A stretch of 38,017 nucleotides of DNA from Candidatus Micrarchaeota archaeon (GCA_032123335.1 JAQBFN010000013.1:1-38017); one strand, 5' to 3'. Numbered from the stretch's first letter, positions 8,331-19,236 are shown. Notes: generated from the sequence alone by a model not told the origin. Program-made: numbers and translations.

Positions 8331-8939
8331 TCACAATTTTTCGTAGCGCACCCTTCTTCCTTCAACAATATACTTTCCTTTGGACAAATTAGCTACTACC
8401 TTGCGCATTGTTTGGTGCTCAAGGGGAAGAATCTTCTCCGCAACTTCATGCGCATCCTTGCAGTCATCTATGCGCACACAGGTTTGCTCTATAATCGGCC
8501 CAGTATCGGTTCCCTCATCCACAAAGTGAACTGTGCACCCGGAAACCTTCACTCCATGCTCAAAGGCCTGCACTTGCCCATCCAATCCAGGAAAGGAAGG
8601 AAGCAGTGCAGGATGAATGTTTATCATCCTGTGCCTGAACGCTTCAATCAACCCGTGCGTAAGGATGCGCATGTACCCTGCGAGCACAACCAGGTCCACA
8701 TTCCTGGAGTTCAGGATTTCAATGATGCGCTCGTCCATTTTTTCCCGGTTTTCAAATTCCTTGTGCAAAACAACTTCAGTGGGAATCCCGTTCTGCTTGG
8801 CGCGCTCAAGCGCATGCGCATCCGCTTTATCCGAAATAAGCACAACTATTTCCCCATCTACCTCCCCTTCCTTAATCCCATCAATAATGCTCTGGAAATT
8901 GGAGCCGCGGCCTGAAGCAAGAACACCTATTTTCATCAT
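8331..8939 (-). CDS. purN: phosphoribosylglycinamide formyltransferase
   Basis: SGRGSNFQ, LAGYMRIL, NIHPALLPSFPG, GCTVHFVD..DTGPII. Confidence 0.96.
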   Translation of the reverse strand: MMKIGVLASGRGSNFQSIIDGIKEGEVDGEIVVLISDKADAHALERAKQNGIPTEVVLHKEFENREKMDERIIEILNSRNVDLVVLAGYMRILTHGLIEAFRHRMINIHPALLPSFPGLDGQVQAFEHGVKVSGCTVHFVDEGTDTGPIIEQTCVRIDDCKDAHEVAEKILPLEHQTMRKVVANLSKGKYIVEGRRVRYEKL

Positions 8940-8970
8940 ATTATTCTTTTGTTAGAAGGGAATTAAACAC

Positions 8971-9567
8971 TTACTTAAGGACCGAGGAAAGCAGCTCGTA
9001 AGTTTTTGCAGTGTCCCGTTCCTTTATTGCAAGTATAGTATCCGTATAGCAGGAGATGAATTCCACTACGTTTATTCCCTCGTGCGCAAGCGCATTTAGC
9101 ACAAACGCAATAACCCCCGGAGTCTCTTCTATTTCCTCTTTGCTCTTGATTGTCACCAGATTGAGGTTCTCGGTCAGCAGCTTTATTCCCCGCTCCTTCC
9201 GCACCTTCTTCAGCTCCGATTCTTCCACAATATACGTTGTGTAATCTCCGCTCCTTGCATGCGTAATCGCCTTAAAGTCTAACTCCTTCCGGGAAACCAC
9301 TGCTGCAACTTTGGTCTGTATTGATATTGAGCTTCCGCGCAGCACATCCAGTATTTTTTCCTCTCCCCCGATTTCTTTTTCCGCGAGCTTTTTGGAGGTG
9401 CGTATCAGCGCAACCTTTACTGCATCAAACTTTTCCCCAGGCAAATCCAGCTCTGAGAGGAGTATGCGCGCAAGCGCACTATGGTTTATTATCCCGTGCT
9501 TTAGCCCCTCCCTCAATGATGGCCTGCCTTTTACATAGAGCCATACAAGCTCGCTCAGCTTCTCCAT
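8971..9567 (-). CDS. archaeal ACT-domain protein with N-terminal helical domain, putative amino-acid-responsive regulator
   Basis: GIINHSALAR N-terminus; C-terminal TPGVIAFVLNALAHEGINVVEFISCYTD ACT-like domain. Confidence 0.75.
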   Translation of the reverse strand: MEKLSELVWLYVKGRPSLREGLKHGIINHSALARILLSELDLPGEKFDAVKVALIRTSKKLAEKEIGGEEKILDVLRGSSISIQTKVAAVVSRKELDFKAITHARSGDYTTYIVEESELKKVRKERGIKLLTENLNLVTIKSKEEIEETPGVIAFVLNALAHEGINVVEFISCYTDTILAIKERDTAKTYELLSSVLK

Positions 9568-9570
9568 AAG

Positions 9571-9603
9571 TTATATTTAGAACAAATAGATTATATTTGT
9601 AAC
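9571..9603. promoter_or_regulatory. candidate operator between the ACT gene and argG
   Basis: Inverted repeat ACAAATA-N5-TATTTGT (9582-9600) and direct repeats TTATATTTnnAAC at 9571 and 9591. Confidence 0.4.
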
Positions 9604-9658
9604 GTTTGGAGCAGAGAGTTTAAATATCAGATTCCTTCCCAAAAAGCTCGTGATTATT

Positions 9659-10921
9659 ATGAATCAGAATGAGAAAGTTGTGTTGGCCTATTCAGGTGGA
9701 TTGGATACCTCATGCATCCTGAAATGGCTTATGGATGAGGGGTATGAAGTAATTGCGTACATTGCAGATGTGGGGCAAGAGGAAGACTTTGAGGCTGCAA
9801 AAGAAAAAGCGCTCAAGCTTGGCGCCAGCAAGGTATATGTCGAAGATTTGAAGGAAGAGTTCGTAACCGGATACATATTCCAGGCGCTCAAGGGGAATGC
9901 TCTTTACGAAGGCACATACCTCCTGGGCACCGCAATTGCAAGACCGCTTATTGCAAAGAAGCAGGTGGAAATTGCGCAAAAGGAAGGCGCAAAATACGTT
10001 TCCCATGGTGCAACCGGGAAGGGAAACGACCAGGTGCGTTTTGAGTTCACTTACTTTGCGCTGGACCCTTCCCTGGAAACAATCAGCCCCTGGAAAACCC
10101 AATCCTTCCTGGACAAGTTCAAGGGAAGAAAGGACCTGCTTGAGTATGCAAAGGAGAAAGGAATCCCGGTAACCGCTACCCATGCGAAGAGCTACAGCGA
10201 AGACGATAACCTGATGCACATAAGCCACGAAGCGGGAAGCCTCGAGGACCCCTCCAAAGCCTGCCCTGAGAATGTTTACAGCAAGGCGAACCTTCCCAAG
10301 AATGCTCCGGATAAAGAAACAAAACTCAAAATCCACTTCAAGGACGGCCTTCCGGTTAAAGTGGAGAATTTAGAAGATGGAGTTGTTGTGGAGACTCCCC
10401 TGGAACTCTTTCAGTACCTGAACAAGCTTGGCGCGGAGAACGGAATCGGAATGCTGGACATGGTTGAGAACAGATATGTGGGAATCAAGTCCCGTGGGAT
10501 TTACGAAACTCCCGGAGCCACAATCCTCTGGGCTGCACATCGTGATATGGAAGGAATTGCAATGGATAAGGAGGTTATGCACCTTCGTGATAGTTTGGTC
10601 CCGAAGTTTGCAGAACTTATCTACAATGGCTATTGGTTTTCCCCGGAAATGGATTTCTTGATGTCTGCGTTTAACCAGTCCCAAACCCTTATTGATGGTT
10701 GGGTTGAGGTTAGCCTGTACAAGGGAAACGTAATGCCGGTTGCCCGTGCTTCCCCAACTTCTCTGTATAACCAGGACCTTTCCAGCATGGATATTGAAGG
10801 CGGGTTTGACCAGAAGGATTCTGCAGGTTTCATCAAGATAAACGGGCTTCGCCTTAAGGCGCACAAGGCACTGATAGACAAGGGCGGCCTTGGAAAATAC
10901 GTGGTGACTGAAGATGGGTAA
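9659..10921 (+). CDS. argG: argininosuccinate synthase
   Basis: [34 protein letters not shown]. Confidence 0.97.
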   Translation: MNQNEKVVLAYSGGLDTSCILKWLMDEGYEVIAYIADVGQEEDFEAAKEKALKLGASKVYVEDLKEEFVTGYIFQALKGNALYEGTYLLGTAIARPLIAKKQVEIAQKEGAKYVSHGATGKGNDQVRFEFTYFALDPSLETISPWKTQSFLDKFKGRKDLLEYAKEKGIPVTATHAKSYSEDDNLMHISHEAGSLEDPSKACPENVYSKANLPKNAPDKETKLKIHFKDGLPVKVENLEDGVVVETPLELFQYLNKLGAENGIGMLDMVENRYVGIKSRGIYETPGATILWAAHRDMEGIAMDKEVMHLRDSLVPKFAELIYNGYWFSPEMDFLMSAFNQSQTLIDGWVEVSLYKGNVMPVARASPTSLYNQDLSSMDIEGGFDQKDSAGFIKINGLRLKAHKALIDKGGLGKYVVTEDG

Positions 10922-12065
10922 GCTCTGGAAAAAAGGCTATACCCTGGATGAGGAAATTGAGGAATACACAGTTGGGGAGGACTACCTGCTGGACCAGGCA
11001 CTTCTTCCCTACGATGTCCAGGCATCAATTGCGCACGCAGAGATGCTTGGGGAATGCGGTTATCTCACCAATGAAGAGGCGGAAAGCATAGTTGCTGAGC
11101 TCAAGAAGCTTGAGAGCTTAGAAATCAAAAAGGAAGACGAGGATTCGCACACAGCTATTGAGAACTACCTTGTAGAAAAGCTCGGGGAAACCGGCAAGAA
11201 GATACATACTGCCCGCTCAAGAAATGACCAGTGCCTTGTTGCAATGCGTTTGTACTTCAAGGATAATTTCCAGAAGCTGGAAATGGAAATCAATGCATTG
11301 ATTGTAGAGCTGAAAAAGAAGAAGGGCCTGCCCATGCCTGGATATACCCATACAAGAAAAGCAATGCCCAGCTCATCCGGGCTGCTGTTTTCAGCATATG
11401 CAGATATGCTTGAGGATGATTTGCTTTTGCTTCAATCCGTGAAGAAAATCCTGGACAAAAATCCCCTTGGTTCTGCTGCAGGGTATGGCGTCCCGCTAAA
11501 AATAAACAAGGAATCCACAACCAAGAAACTGGGATTTGCAAAAACCCAGGAAAACCCAATCCACTGTGCAAACAGCCGTGGAAAATACGAGCTTTTTGTA
11601 TCGAATGTGCTTACTTCCATAATGCTGGATTTGAACAAGATGGCAAGCGACCTAATCCTGTTTTCAACTTCAGAGTTTGGATTTTTTAAGCTTCCAAAGG
11701 AATTATGCACAGGGAGTTCTATTATGCCGCAGAAAGTGAATCCAGATCCACTGGAACTGGTGCGTGCAAACTACCATGTGGTTTCTGGATATGAAGCGAT
11801 GATTAAGGGAATCTGCTCAAACCTGATTAGCGGATACCACAGGGATCTCCAGCTTACCAAGGGACCTGCAATCAAATCCATGAACATAACCTTGAGTTCG
11901 CTTAAAGTAATGGCTAAGGTAATCACTGGGTTGGAATTAAATGAAGAAAAAATGAAAGCAGCGATGAGCAAGGAGCTTTATGCAACGGAAGAAGCATACA
12001 AATTAGTAGAAAAAGGCACCCCATTCCGTGATGCATACAAAGAGGTTTCGAAAAAGTTTATGTAA
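10914..12065 (+). CDS. argH: argininosuccinate lyase (short form)
   Basis: [32 protein letters not shown]; adjacent to argG. Confidence 0.95.
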   Translation: MGKLWKKGYTLDEEIEEYTVGEDYLLDQALLPYDVQASIAHAEMLGECGYLTNEEAESIVAELKKLESLEIKKEDEDSHTAIENYLVEKLGETGKKIHTARSRNDQCLVAMRLYFKDNFQKLEMEINALIVELKKKKGLPMPGYTHTRKAMPSSSGLLFSAYADMLEDDLLLLQSVKKILDKNPLGSAAGYGVPLKINKESTTKKLGFAKTQENPIHCANSRGKYELFVSNVLTSIMLDLNKMASDLILFSTSEFGFFKLPKELCTGSSIMPQKVNPDPLELVRANYHVVSGYEAMIKGICSNLISGYHRDLQLTKGPAIKSMNITLSSLKVMAKVITGLELNEEKMKAAMSKELYATEEAYKLVEKGTPFRDAYKEVSKKFM

Positions 12066-12071
12066 CCATGG

Positions 12072-12614
12072 TTACATCCGGACTGCACCGTGCTCAGTTA
12101 CAATAATATTCATGGGCACGTCATGCGGCTCCTCAGGAATCCCATCCACCAACTGGAAACCAAAGCAAACCCCAACATTCACGCATTTCTTATCTTTCAA
12201 ATAATGGTCATAACAGCCCTTCCCCATCCCAATCCTGTGCCCTCTCCCGTCAAACACAACCCCAGGAACCACAATCAAATCCACGTGGTGCCTTTCCGGC
12301 TTCCCCACCGGCTCAGGAATCTCATACTTTCCCCCTTTCAATTCATCCAGCGGCTCGTACACCACCATGCACATCCTTTTCTCCTCATGCACAACAGGGA
12401 CGCATACTTCCTTCCCCTCCTGGTGCGCCCACTTAATCATCTCAGTTGTGTCCACTTCCCCGTTCACAGGAAGGTAAAACGCAACCACTTTCGCTTTCTT
12501 GAATTCCGGAAGCTCAACCAATTCATGCATAATTAAACGGCTCTTAGCCTCACGCTCTTCTTCAGTTTGGGCCTTCCGCTTTGCAAGAATTTCACTTCTT
12601 AGAGAGCGCTTCAT
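12072..12614 (-). CDS. 5-formyltetrahydrofolate cyclo-ligase
   Basis: DLIVVPGVVFDGRGHRIGMGKGCYD and EPHDVPM motifs. Confidence 0.93.
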   Translation of the reverse strand: MKRSLRSEILAKRKAQTEEEREAKSRLIMHELVELPEFKKAKVVAFYLPVNGEVDTTEMIKWAHQEGKEVCVPVVHEEKRMCMVVYEPLDELKGGKYEIPEPVGKPERHHVDLIVVPGVVFDGRGHRIGMGKGCYDHYLKDKKCVNVGVCFGFQLVDGIPEEPHDVPMNIIVTEHGAVRM

Positions 12615-13842
12615 ACACTTCCTCCATCATATAGATTGAGCCGGTAATTAAAACTATTCCATCTACCCCAGCCATCTCTTTCGCAAACTCAATCCCGTCT
12701 CCCATTCCAGCTGAAGTATACGCTTCAGCATACTCCTGCGCCTTTTCAAGAAGAACTTCCGGCTCTTCCGCTCTCTCTTTCCCCTCAGGCTTCACAACCA
12801 CAAACGCATTCACTTTTTCCCCAAGCACCTTTAGCATCTCCCCATATTCCTTATCCTTCATGCATGAGAATACGCATATGATTCGTTTTTCCCCAAGTAC
12901 GTCCAGCGAATCCACAAGCGCTTTTACCCCCGCAGGGTTGTGCGCAACATCCGCCACAATAAGTGGCTCATTCCCAAGAATCTCCATCCTCCCCCGTATT
13001 TTTGCTTTCTTCAATCCGTCCCTTATTGCTTTTTCAGAACAACCCAAATTCTCCGCAGCGCAAACCGCAAGAGATGCATTCCGCACCTGGAAATCCCCCA
13101 ACATCGAAATTTCCAGCCCATTCAATTGTACCTCATTGGAATAGTCAAACACGCTCCCATCTAAATTTTTCTCCAGCAGATTCCCGTCGAAATCCTCCCC
13201 AAGCACAAGCAGGTTCACCCCCTTTTTCCTTGCTTCACTCCTGATAGTCTCCAGCCCAATTCCCGCACCAGTAATCGCCAATCCCTTTTTCATAATCCCT
13301 GCTTTCTCATATGCAATCTGAGAAACCTGCGAGCCCAGCCATTTTGTATGCTCCAGCCCCACCGAAGTAATAATCGCAACCTCCTCTTCCGCAGGGTTTA
13401 CAGCATCCAGGCGGCCCCCCATCCCCACTTCCATAACCGCATACTCAACCCCCCGTTCAGCAAAATACCTATAGGCGCACGCAGTAACCGCCTCAAAATA
13501 CGTAATCACGTTCCCCTCCTCCATCCATTTCTTTACTTCCCCCTCAAGCCGCGCAACATCAGCATCCGAAATCTCCTTTCCGTTAATATTTATCCGCTCG
13601 TTAAAATGCAGCAAATGGGGTGAATAGAAGCTCCCGGTCTTGAACCCATTCTCAGCAAGTATGGAGCTAAGGAATGCAGTAGTGGAACCCTTCCCATTTG
13701 TTCCGCTCACAAGCACCACCCTCATCTTATCCTGGGGGTTCCCCCAGAGCTCCAGAAGCTTTGTGATGCGCTCCAGCCCGGGTTTTGAGCCGAATTTCTC
13801 CAAAAATTCAAACGCCATCAGGCATTTATCGTCGACACACAT
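12592..13842 (-). CDS. folC: folylpolyglutamate/dihydrofolate synthase
   Basis: GTNGKGS, SPHL..FNERI, EVGMGGRLD, DVAHNP. Confidence 0.93.
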   Translation of the reverse strand: MCVDDKCLMAFEFLEKFGSKPGLERITKLLELWGNPQDKMRVVLVSGTNGKGSTTAFLSSILAENGFKTGSFYSPHLLHFNERININGKEISDADVARLEGEVKKWMEEGNVITYFEAVTACAYRYFAERGVEYAVMEVGMGGRLDAVNPAEEEVAIITSVGLEHTKWLGSQVSQIAYEKAGIMKKGLAITGAGIGLETIRSEARKKGVNLLVLGEDFDGNLLEKNLDGSVFDYSNEVQLNGLEISMLGDFQVRNASLAVCAAENLGCSEKAIRDGLKKAKIRGRMEILGNEPLIVADVAHNPAGVKALVDSLDVLGEKRIICVFSCMKDKEYGEMLKVLGEKVNAFVVVKPEGKERAEEPEVLLEKAQEYAEAYTSAGMGDGIEFAKEMAGVDGIVLITGSIYMMEEVYEALSKK

Positions 13843-13883
13843 TTATTTACCTTCCATAACACAAATACCCACTCAACAACACA

Positions 13884-13891
13884 TTTAAAAA
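13884..13891 (+). promoter_or_regulatory. TATA box
   Basis: TTTAAAAA about 24 nt before the ATG at 13915 (leaderless arrangement). Confidence 0.55.
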
Positions 13892-13914
13892 CACTCCCAT
13901 ACATAAATAATAAC

Positions 13915-14421
13915 ATGCAAGCCCCCAAAAAGACACAAGTACAGGTTCACAAACTAGTTACACTCCTCCAATCAGAGGAACCAGGTCTCAGAGCAAAAGC
14001 AGCCTCAAAGCTCTGGGAAATGGGACCTGGTGCAGTGATGCCGCTCCTAGAGTCTCTCCCACAAGGAGAGGTTCCAGGGGCAGGTTCACCCCAGGAAACC
14101 CTGATTGTTTCTGTTCTTTCAAAGATGGGCAGGAGAATCACACCCCTTCTCATACACGCACTTGATTCGGATGACACTTCAGTAAGGGAGCTTGCAGCAG
14201 TAGTGCTTGGGGAAATCGGGGACCCAGAAGCCCTTGGGATTCTCCACCAGGCAGCAAGGTCTGCAGCAGAAGGCTCACTGGAGCAGATGCTCATGATGGC
14301 AGCAATCCAGAAAATGGAAGGCCCCAGCGAACCACCTTCATACTTAACGATGCAGGAAGCAGAGCTTGAATCAGATTGCACAAAGAAAGAAAAGCCCGAG
14401 CGCAACCCGATGTATCTTTAG
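13915..14421 (+). CDS. HEAT-repeat protein
   Basis: LIHALDSDDTSVRELAAVVLGEIGDPEAL PBS/HEAT repeat. Confidence 0.78.
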   Translation: MQAPKKTQVQVHKLVTLLQSEEPGLRAKAASKLWEMGPGAVMPLLESLPQGEVPGAGSPQETLIVSVLSKMGRRITPLLIHALDSDDTSVRELAAVVLGEIGDPEALGILHQAARSAAEGSLEQMLMMAAIQKMEGPSEPPSYLTMQEAELESDCTKKEKPERNPMYL

Positions 14422-14486
14422 ATTTTTTTCCTTCTTTTCAACATCCCTTAAAAACCTTTTAGGATATACTTTATGAGGTAATTCTC

Positions 14487-15734
14487 ATGAAGTTAAAGCG
14501 GGTAAAGCTGAACAAAAAAGGAATCACTTACGAAGGCTTCATCCTCCCCCAGTCCAACGAAAAGACAATCGTCCTGAAGCTTGAAAACGGCTACAACATC
14601 GGCCTCTCAAAAGAAGGCACAAGCATCGAGGAACTTGGGGAAATAGAAGTCTTCCCAAAAACAAAGGAAACAACCCAGGAGCGGGGAGAAATCGCAATCC
14701 TTTCCATGGGCGGAACAATCTGCTCCCGCGTAGAATACAAAACCGGTGCAGTATTCCCCAGCACAACCCCCGGGGAACTGATGCACAACCTTCCCGAGCT
14801 TGAAAAAATCTGCTCTTTCCACACCAAATCATTATTCGCCATGCTCTCGGAGGACATGTCTCCAAAGCACTGGTCCATCGCAGCAAACTCAATCAAGGAG
14901 GAAATCGAGCAGGGAGCGGACGGGGTAGTAATCCTCCACGGAACGGATACAATGCACTACTCCAGCGCAGCACTCTCGTACATGCTCCAGGACACCCCAG
15001 TCCCCATAGTTCTAGTGGGCGCACAGAGGAGCCCTGACCGCCCATCCACAGATGCGCGCCTCAATATCCTCAATGCAGCCTACACTGCAAAAGGCCCAAT
15101 CGCCCAGGTAGGCATATGCATGCACGCAGACACAAACGATGATTATGCTTACTTCCACCTGGGTACCAGGGTGCGCAAGATGCACACATCCTCCAGGGAC
15201 GCATTCCAATCCATTGGAGTAAAACCTCTTGCAAAAGTGGACTTCAGGAAGGAGCTTTTTGAGCCAAGGTGCAACTACAGCGACCGCGGAGGAAAGCTCA
15301 AATTCAACAACGAGGTAAGCGAAAATGTTGCACTTGTTTACACTTACCCAGGCATGAACCCAAAAATCCTGGATTCCCTAGCGGATTACGATGGGATAGT
15401 TATTGCGGGAACAGGACTCGGCCATGTTGCAACCGACCCGTTCAAGGCAAAGCACGTAAAGAGCGTACTCCCTGAAATCGAAGCACTCTGCGCATCAGGA
15501 ATCCCTGTAGTTATGTCCAGCCAGTGCATCTTTGGAAGGGTCAACCTAAACGTATACACAGCCGGAAGGATGCTCCAGGAAGCAGGTGTAATCGGAAGCG
15601 ATGCAGACTGGACGCCTGAAGCCGCCTACGCAAAGCTCTGCTGGGTTTTAGGGCATGAAAAAGACCCGAAAAAAGTTGAAAAGGAAATGCTGGATCCAAT
15701 TGCAGGAGACATTACCCCAAGGAGCGTGGTCTGA
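14487..15734 (+). CDS. gatD: Glu-tRNA(Gln) amidotransferase subunit D
   Basis: LKLENGYNIG, GGTI, HGTDTM, GAQRS.DRPS, RKMHTSSRDAF; upstream of gatE. Confidence 0.96.
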   Translation: MKLKRVKLNKKGITYEGFILPQSNEKTIVLKLENGYNIGLSKEGTSIEELGEIEVFPKTKETTQERGEIAILSMGGTICSRVEYKTGAVFPSTTPGELMHNLPELEKICSFHTKSLFAMLSEDMSPKHWSIAANSIKEEIEQGADGVVILHGTDTMHYSSAALSYMLQDTPVPIVLVGAQRSPDRPSTDARLNILNAAYTAKGPIAQVGICMHADTNDDYAYFHLGTRVRKMHTSSRDAFQSIGVKPLAKVDFRKELFEPRCNYSDRGGKLKFNNEVSENVALVYTYPGMNPKILDSLADYDGIVIAGTGLGHVATDPFKAKHVKSVLPEIEALCASGIPVVMSSQCIFGRVNLNVYTAGRMLQEAGVIGSDADWTPEAAYAKLCWVLGHEKDPKKVEKEMLDPIAGDITPRSVV

Positions 15735-17528
15735 ATGGAAGAGCCAATACTCAAATGCGGGATAGAAATCCACCAGCGCCTGGACACAGGCAAGCTTTTC
15801 TGCCGCTGCCCCTCAACCCTTTCCGAAGATGAAAAACCAGACCTGCAGATAATCCGCAACCTGCGCGCAAGCGAATCCGAAATGGGCGAACTGGACCGCG
15901 CAGCCCGCCTTGAGCAGGAGAAGCAGCTGGATTTCAGGTACGATGCCTTCAGGAGAAACTGTTGCCTGGTGGAAACGGATGAGGAACCCCCGCTCCCCAT
16001 AGACAATGAAGCCCTCCTCCTGGTTCTGGGGGTTGCGCAGCAGCTGAATATGCGCATAGTTGACCAGGTCCACACAATGCGCAAAATAGTAGTGGATGGA
16101 AGCAACACCTCCGGGTTCCAGCGTACCGCCCTAATCGCAACAAACGGCTCCATGGAAACCTCCCAAGGGAAGGTAGGAATAGACACAATTGCAGTAGAAG
16201 AGGAAAGCTCAGGAATAATTGAAACAGAAAAAAGCGGAGTAAAGCACTACCGCCTGGACCGGCTCGGAATCCCCCTCATAGAGATTGCAACTTCCCCGGA
16301 CATCATAAGCGGAGAGCACTGCAGGGAAGTCGCGGAAAAAATCGGAATGATTTTGCGTGCCACAGGAAAGGCTGCACGTGGCCTGGGCACAATCCGCCAG
16401 GATGTAAACATCTCCATTCCCGGAGGAGCCCGCGTAGAGATAAAGGGCGTACAGGACCTCAAGTTAATCCCGAAAATAGTTGAAATTGAAGTGAACCGGC
16501 AGAAAAGCCTGCTTGCGCTCCTTGAAAAACTAAGGGATGTGCAACCCGATGAAAACCCCCAGGTTACAGACCTCACAGAAATTTTCGCAAACACGGAATC
16601 CGGCCTGATAAACCGTGGATTAGTTGCAGGACAGCGCGTAATGGGATTCAAACTCCTGGGCCACAAAGGCCTTCTTGGAACCGAACTCCAGCCCGAAAAG
16701 CGCTACGGCACCGAGCTTGCAGATTATGCAAAAACCGCAGGAGTAAAAGGAATAATCCACAGCGATGAAGAGCTTTCCAAATACAAAATAAGCAGCGAAG
16801 AGTTCACAAAGATTCTGGAAGCCCTTGCGCTTGGGGCTGAAGATGCATTTGTACTGGTGGTTGCGGAAGAGGGAACCGCAAGGATGGCGCTTGCAAGGAT
16901 AAAGGAGCGTGCAGCCCTCCGTGAAATCCCCGGGGAAACCCGCAAGGTCAACCCGGACGGGACCAGTGCATATATGCGCCCGCTCCCCGGAAAGGCCCGT
17001 ATGTATCCCGAAACAGACATCCGCGCAATAGACATAACCCAAACAACCCTCATCGATTCCAAAAAGCAGGCAGGCGAAGGCCTTGATGCAAAGAAAAAGA
17101 AACTAAGTGAAATCCTGAACCCTGAAATGGCAAAAAGAATGCTCAAATCCAGGCACCTCAAAACCTTTGAGAAATTGGTGGAGATGGGAGTGGAATCAAT
17201 GCTTGCAGCCGCAACCCTGGAAGACACGCTGGTTGCCTTGCGCAGGGAAGGGGTTGAAATCAAAACCCCTGAAACCACACTCACAGAATTGTTCGAGCAC
17301 TACCTGAAAGGCGAATTCGTAAAGTCCGCAATAATTGAAATCCTCCCTGCAATGGCGGAAGGAAAAGGAGTGCAGGAAATCCTTGAGGAAAGGCAGCTCC
17401 ACAAAATCTCAGGAGAGGAGCTCAAAAAATTAATCCTGGAGCACAACAAAAACCTCGGGGAAATAATGAAAAATTATCGCCTTCGTGTGGATGCAAAAGA
17501 AGTAAAAGAACTAATGAAATCCCTTTAG
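15735..17528 (+). CDS. gatE: Glu-tRNA(Gln) amidotransferase subunit E
   Basis: GIEIHQRL, RKIVVDGSNTSGFQRT, LDRLGIPLIEIAT, RMYPETD. Confidence 0.97.
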   Translation: MEEPILKCGIEIHQRLDTGKLFCRCPSTLSEDEKPDLQIIRNLRASESEMGELDRAARLEQEKQLDFRYDAFRRNCCLVETDEEPPLPIDNEALLLVLGVAQQLNMRIVDQVHTMRKIVVDGSNTSGFQRTALIATNGSMETSQGKVGIDTIAVEEESSGIIETEKSGVKHYRLDRLGIPLIEIATSPDIISGEHCREVAEKIGMILRATGKAARGLGTIRQDVNISIPGGARVEIKGVQDLKLIPKIVEIEVNRQKSLLALLEKLRDVQPDENPQVTDLTEIFANTESGLINRGLVAGQRVMGFKLLGHKGLLGTELQPEKRYGTELADYAKTAGVKGIIHSDEELSKYKISSEEFTKILEALALGAEDAFVLVVAEEGTARMALARIKERAALREIPGETRKVNPDGTSAYMRPLPGKARMYPETDIRAIDITQTTLIDSKKQAGEGLDAKKKKLSEILNPEMAKRMLKSRHLKTFEKLVEMGVESMLAAATLEDTLVALRREGVEIKTPETTLTELFEHYLKGEFVKSAIIEILPAMAEGKGVQEILEERQLHKISGEELKKLILEHNKNLGEIMKNYRLRVDAKEVKELMKSL

Positions 17529-18854
17529 CTACCTTGAAAGCAGCTTTATCGTTTCGTCCACATCGTTAGAAAGCCGCTCAGATTGCACGAGCGCAACTTC
17601 CTTCAAAATCTCATTTGGAACAGAATCCGGAGTGTATCCCTCTTTCTTCACAAACTTCAGAATTTCATCGGAAACAGTCTTCTTTTTGCGGAGCATCTGC
17701 GAGATGGGAAGCAGCTGTTTCATCTTCGTTTTCTTTGTATTCCTCACTACAAAATTGAAGAGTGCGGAGCAGTAATTATGCACCCTCTTGCTTTCAAGCC
17801 CGCGGATGGTGGAGAGCTTCTCAACACACTTAATCTTGTAGAACGGGGGAAGGTAAACAGTGTCCCCCTCCCTCCTGAACGGGTTCTTCAGCCCAATATC
17901 TGATGGAAGCATCTGGAGATCCTGGCTTTTAATCGCATCCAGCGCGAGCTTAATCAGGTAAGTAGTGGCGAGTATGTACGAAGGGTGGTTCATGTCCGTT
18001 CCCCTGTATTCAATTGTCCCCACCCTGTTCACCCGGATTGAGCCGAACATGAATTTCAGATCAGATACACTCTGAATTTTTGGAGGAACTTTTAGCCCCT
18101 TTGAATGCATCACCTCTATGAACCTGCGCTTCCTTTTTGCAGACATATTCTTCAGGTCCGCCAGCGTGTATTCATAATTAGGGAGCCCACCAAACAGGGG
18201 GTGCTCAGCAAAAAGCCCATATACCCTTCTGCCATTCTCCTCCAGCGCCATATCCCTATAAAGCATCGCTCTCGAATCCTTTGCAAAATGCTCGCCATCA
18301 GTAAACGGGGAAGACTGGCAGAAGGTAAGGCATGCAGGGTCGGCTGCAACAAGAAAATTATACTGGTTGAGGAATATGCTCTTTGCCCTGGAATACCTGA
18401 GGGAGCGTATCTGCCTGGTGTTTTTTCCAATCACCCCCTTGGGCAGGGAATAGTGTGAATGGAAAGCGCAGATGCGAATGCCCTTGGAGAATTTCTGCTT
18501 CCCCAGGAACGTAGATTGTGCAGTATACCAGGAGCTCTTCCGCATCTTGGGCCTGCACTTTCCGGGATATGTGCCAAGCGGGAGCAGCTTTATTCCGTGC
18601 TCTTCGCCCACATCAACCACTTTTCTCAGGTTTTCCAGATACCTGAGCCACACCCCACGCAGACTCCTGCCAGGATAGGCGCCAAGCTCAAGCATAGAGT
18701 GGAAAACCTCTTCCTGAATATGGCTGGATATCCTCCTTTTATCCCTAAGCAAATCCGTAAGCATATCTACTTTGTTCACCAGATCTCCACGTTCATCGAT
18801 TGTGAAAAATTCAGTCTCAAAACCGACCGTGGGAAACTTCCCAGGCATATCCAA
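17529..18854 (-). CDS. glutamate--cysteine ligase family (GCS2/YbdK-like) carboxylate-amine ligase
   Basis: TVGFETEFF, EEV..SMLEL, CAFHSH, SSPF, GTIEYRGTD. Confidence 0.75.
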   Translation of the reverse strand: MDMPGKFPTVGFETEFFTIDERGDLVNKVDMLTDLLRDKRRISSHIQEEVFHSMLELGAYPGRSLRGVWLRYLENLRKVVDVGEEHGIKLLPLGTYPGKCRPKMRKSSWYTAQSTFLGKQKFSKGIRICAFHSHYSLPKGVIGKNTRQIRSLRYSRAKSIFLNQYNFLVAADPACLTFCQSSPFTDGEHFAKDSRAMLYRDMALEENGRRVYGLFAEHPLFGGLPNYEYTLADLKNMSAKRKRRFIEVMHSKGLKVPPKIQSVSDLKFMFGSIRVNRVGTIEYRGTDMNHPSYILATTYLIKLALDAIKSQDLQMLPSDIGLKNPFRREGDTVYLPPFYKIKCVEKLSTIRGLESKRVHNYCSALFNFVVRNTKKTKMKQLLPISQMLRKKKTVSDEILKFVKKEGYTPDSVPNEILKEVALVQSERLSNDVDETIKLLSR

Positions 18855-18960
18855 GCATCTCGGATGGCGCCTTTTTATTTATTCCTGTCCGGGGAGCCGA
18901 ATGCAAACCCTTTAAAATTATAATAAGAAATTATGAAGGTAAGAGATAGAGTTGATAGCA

Positions 18961-19236
18961 ATGGCAGAAAAGACATCAGACCTGATCAAGAAAGAAGCCG
19001 GTGTTGCCAAGGGAGCAGGAACCGCAGAAGCAGTGGGAGACATCTCCCTGGAAAAGCTCCTGAATGTGGTAAAAAAGAAGCAGGACATCTTACTTGGGAA
19101 AAGCCTCAAGGAAGCCCTAAAAGAAGCTGCAGGCACCTGCAAGAGCATTGGCATAACAATTGAAGGCAAGGACGCAAGAAAGGTAATCCGGGAAATTGAC
19201 GACGGAAAACATGATTCTCTAGTGGCGGGCAAATGA
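18961..19236 (+). CDS. rpl11: 50S ribosomal protein uL11, C-terminal RNA-binding domain only
   Basis: TSDLIKKEAGVAKG..VGDISL..KEAAGTCKSIGITIEGKD..EIDDGKHD; own TATA (TTTAAAAT at 18911). Confidence 0.88.
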   Translation: MAEKTSDLIKKEAGVAKGAGTAEAVGDISLEKLLNVVKKKQDILLGKSLKEALKEAAGTCKSIGITIEGKDARKVIREIDDGKHDSLVAGK

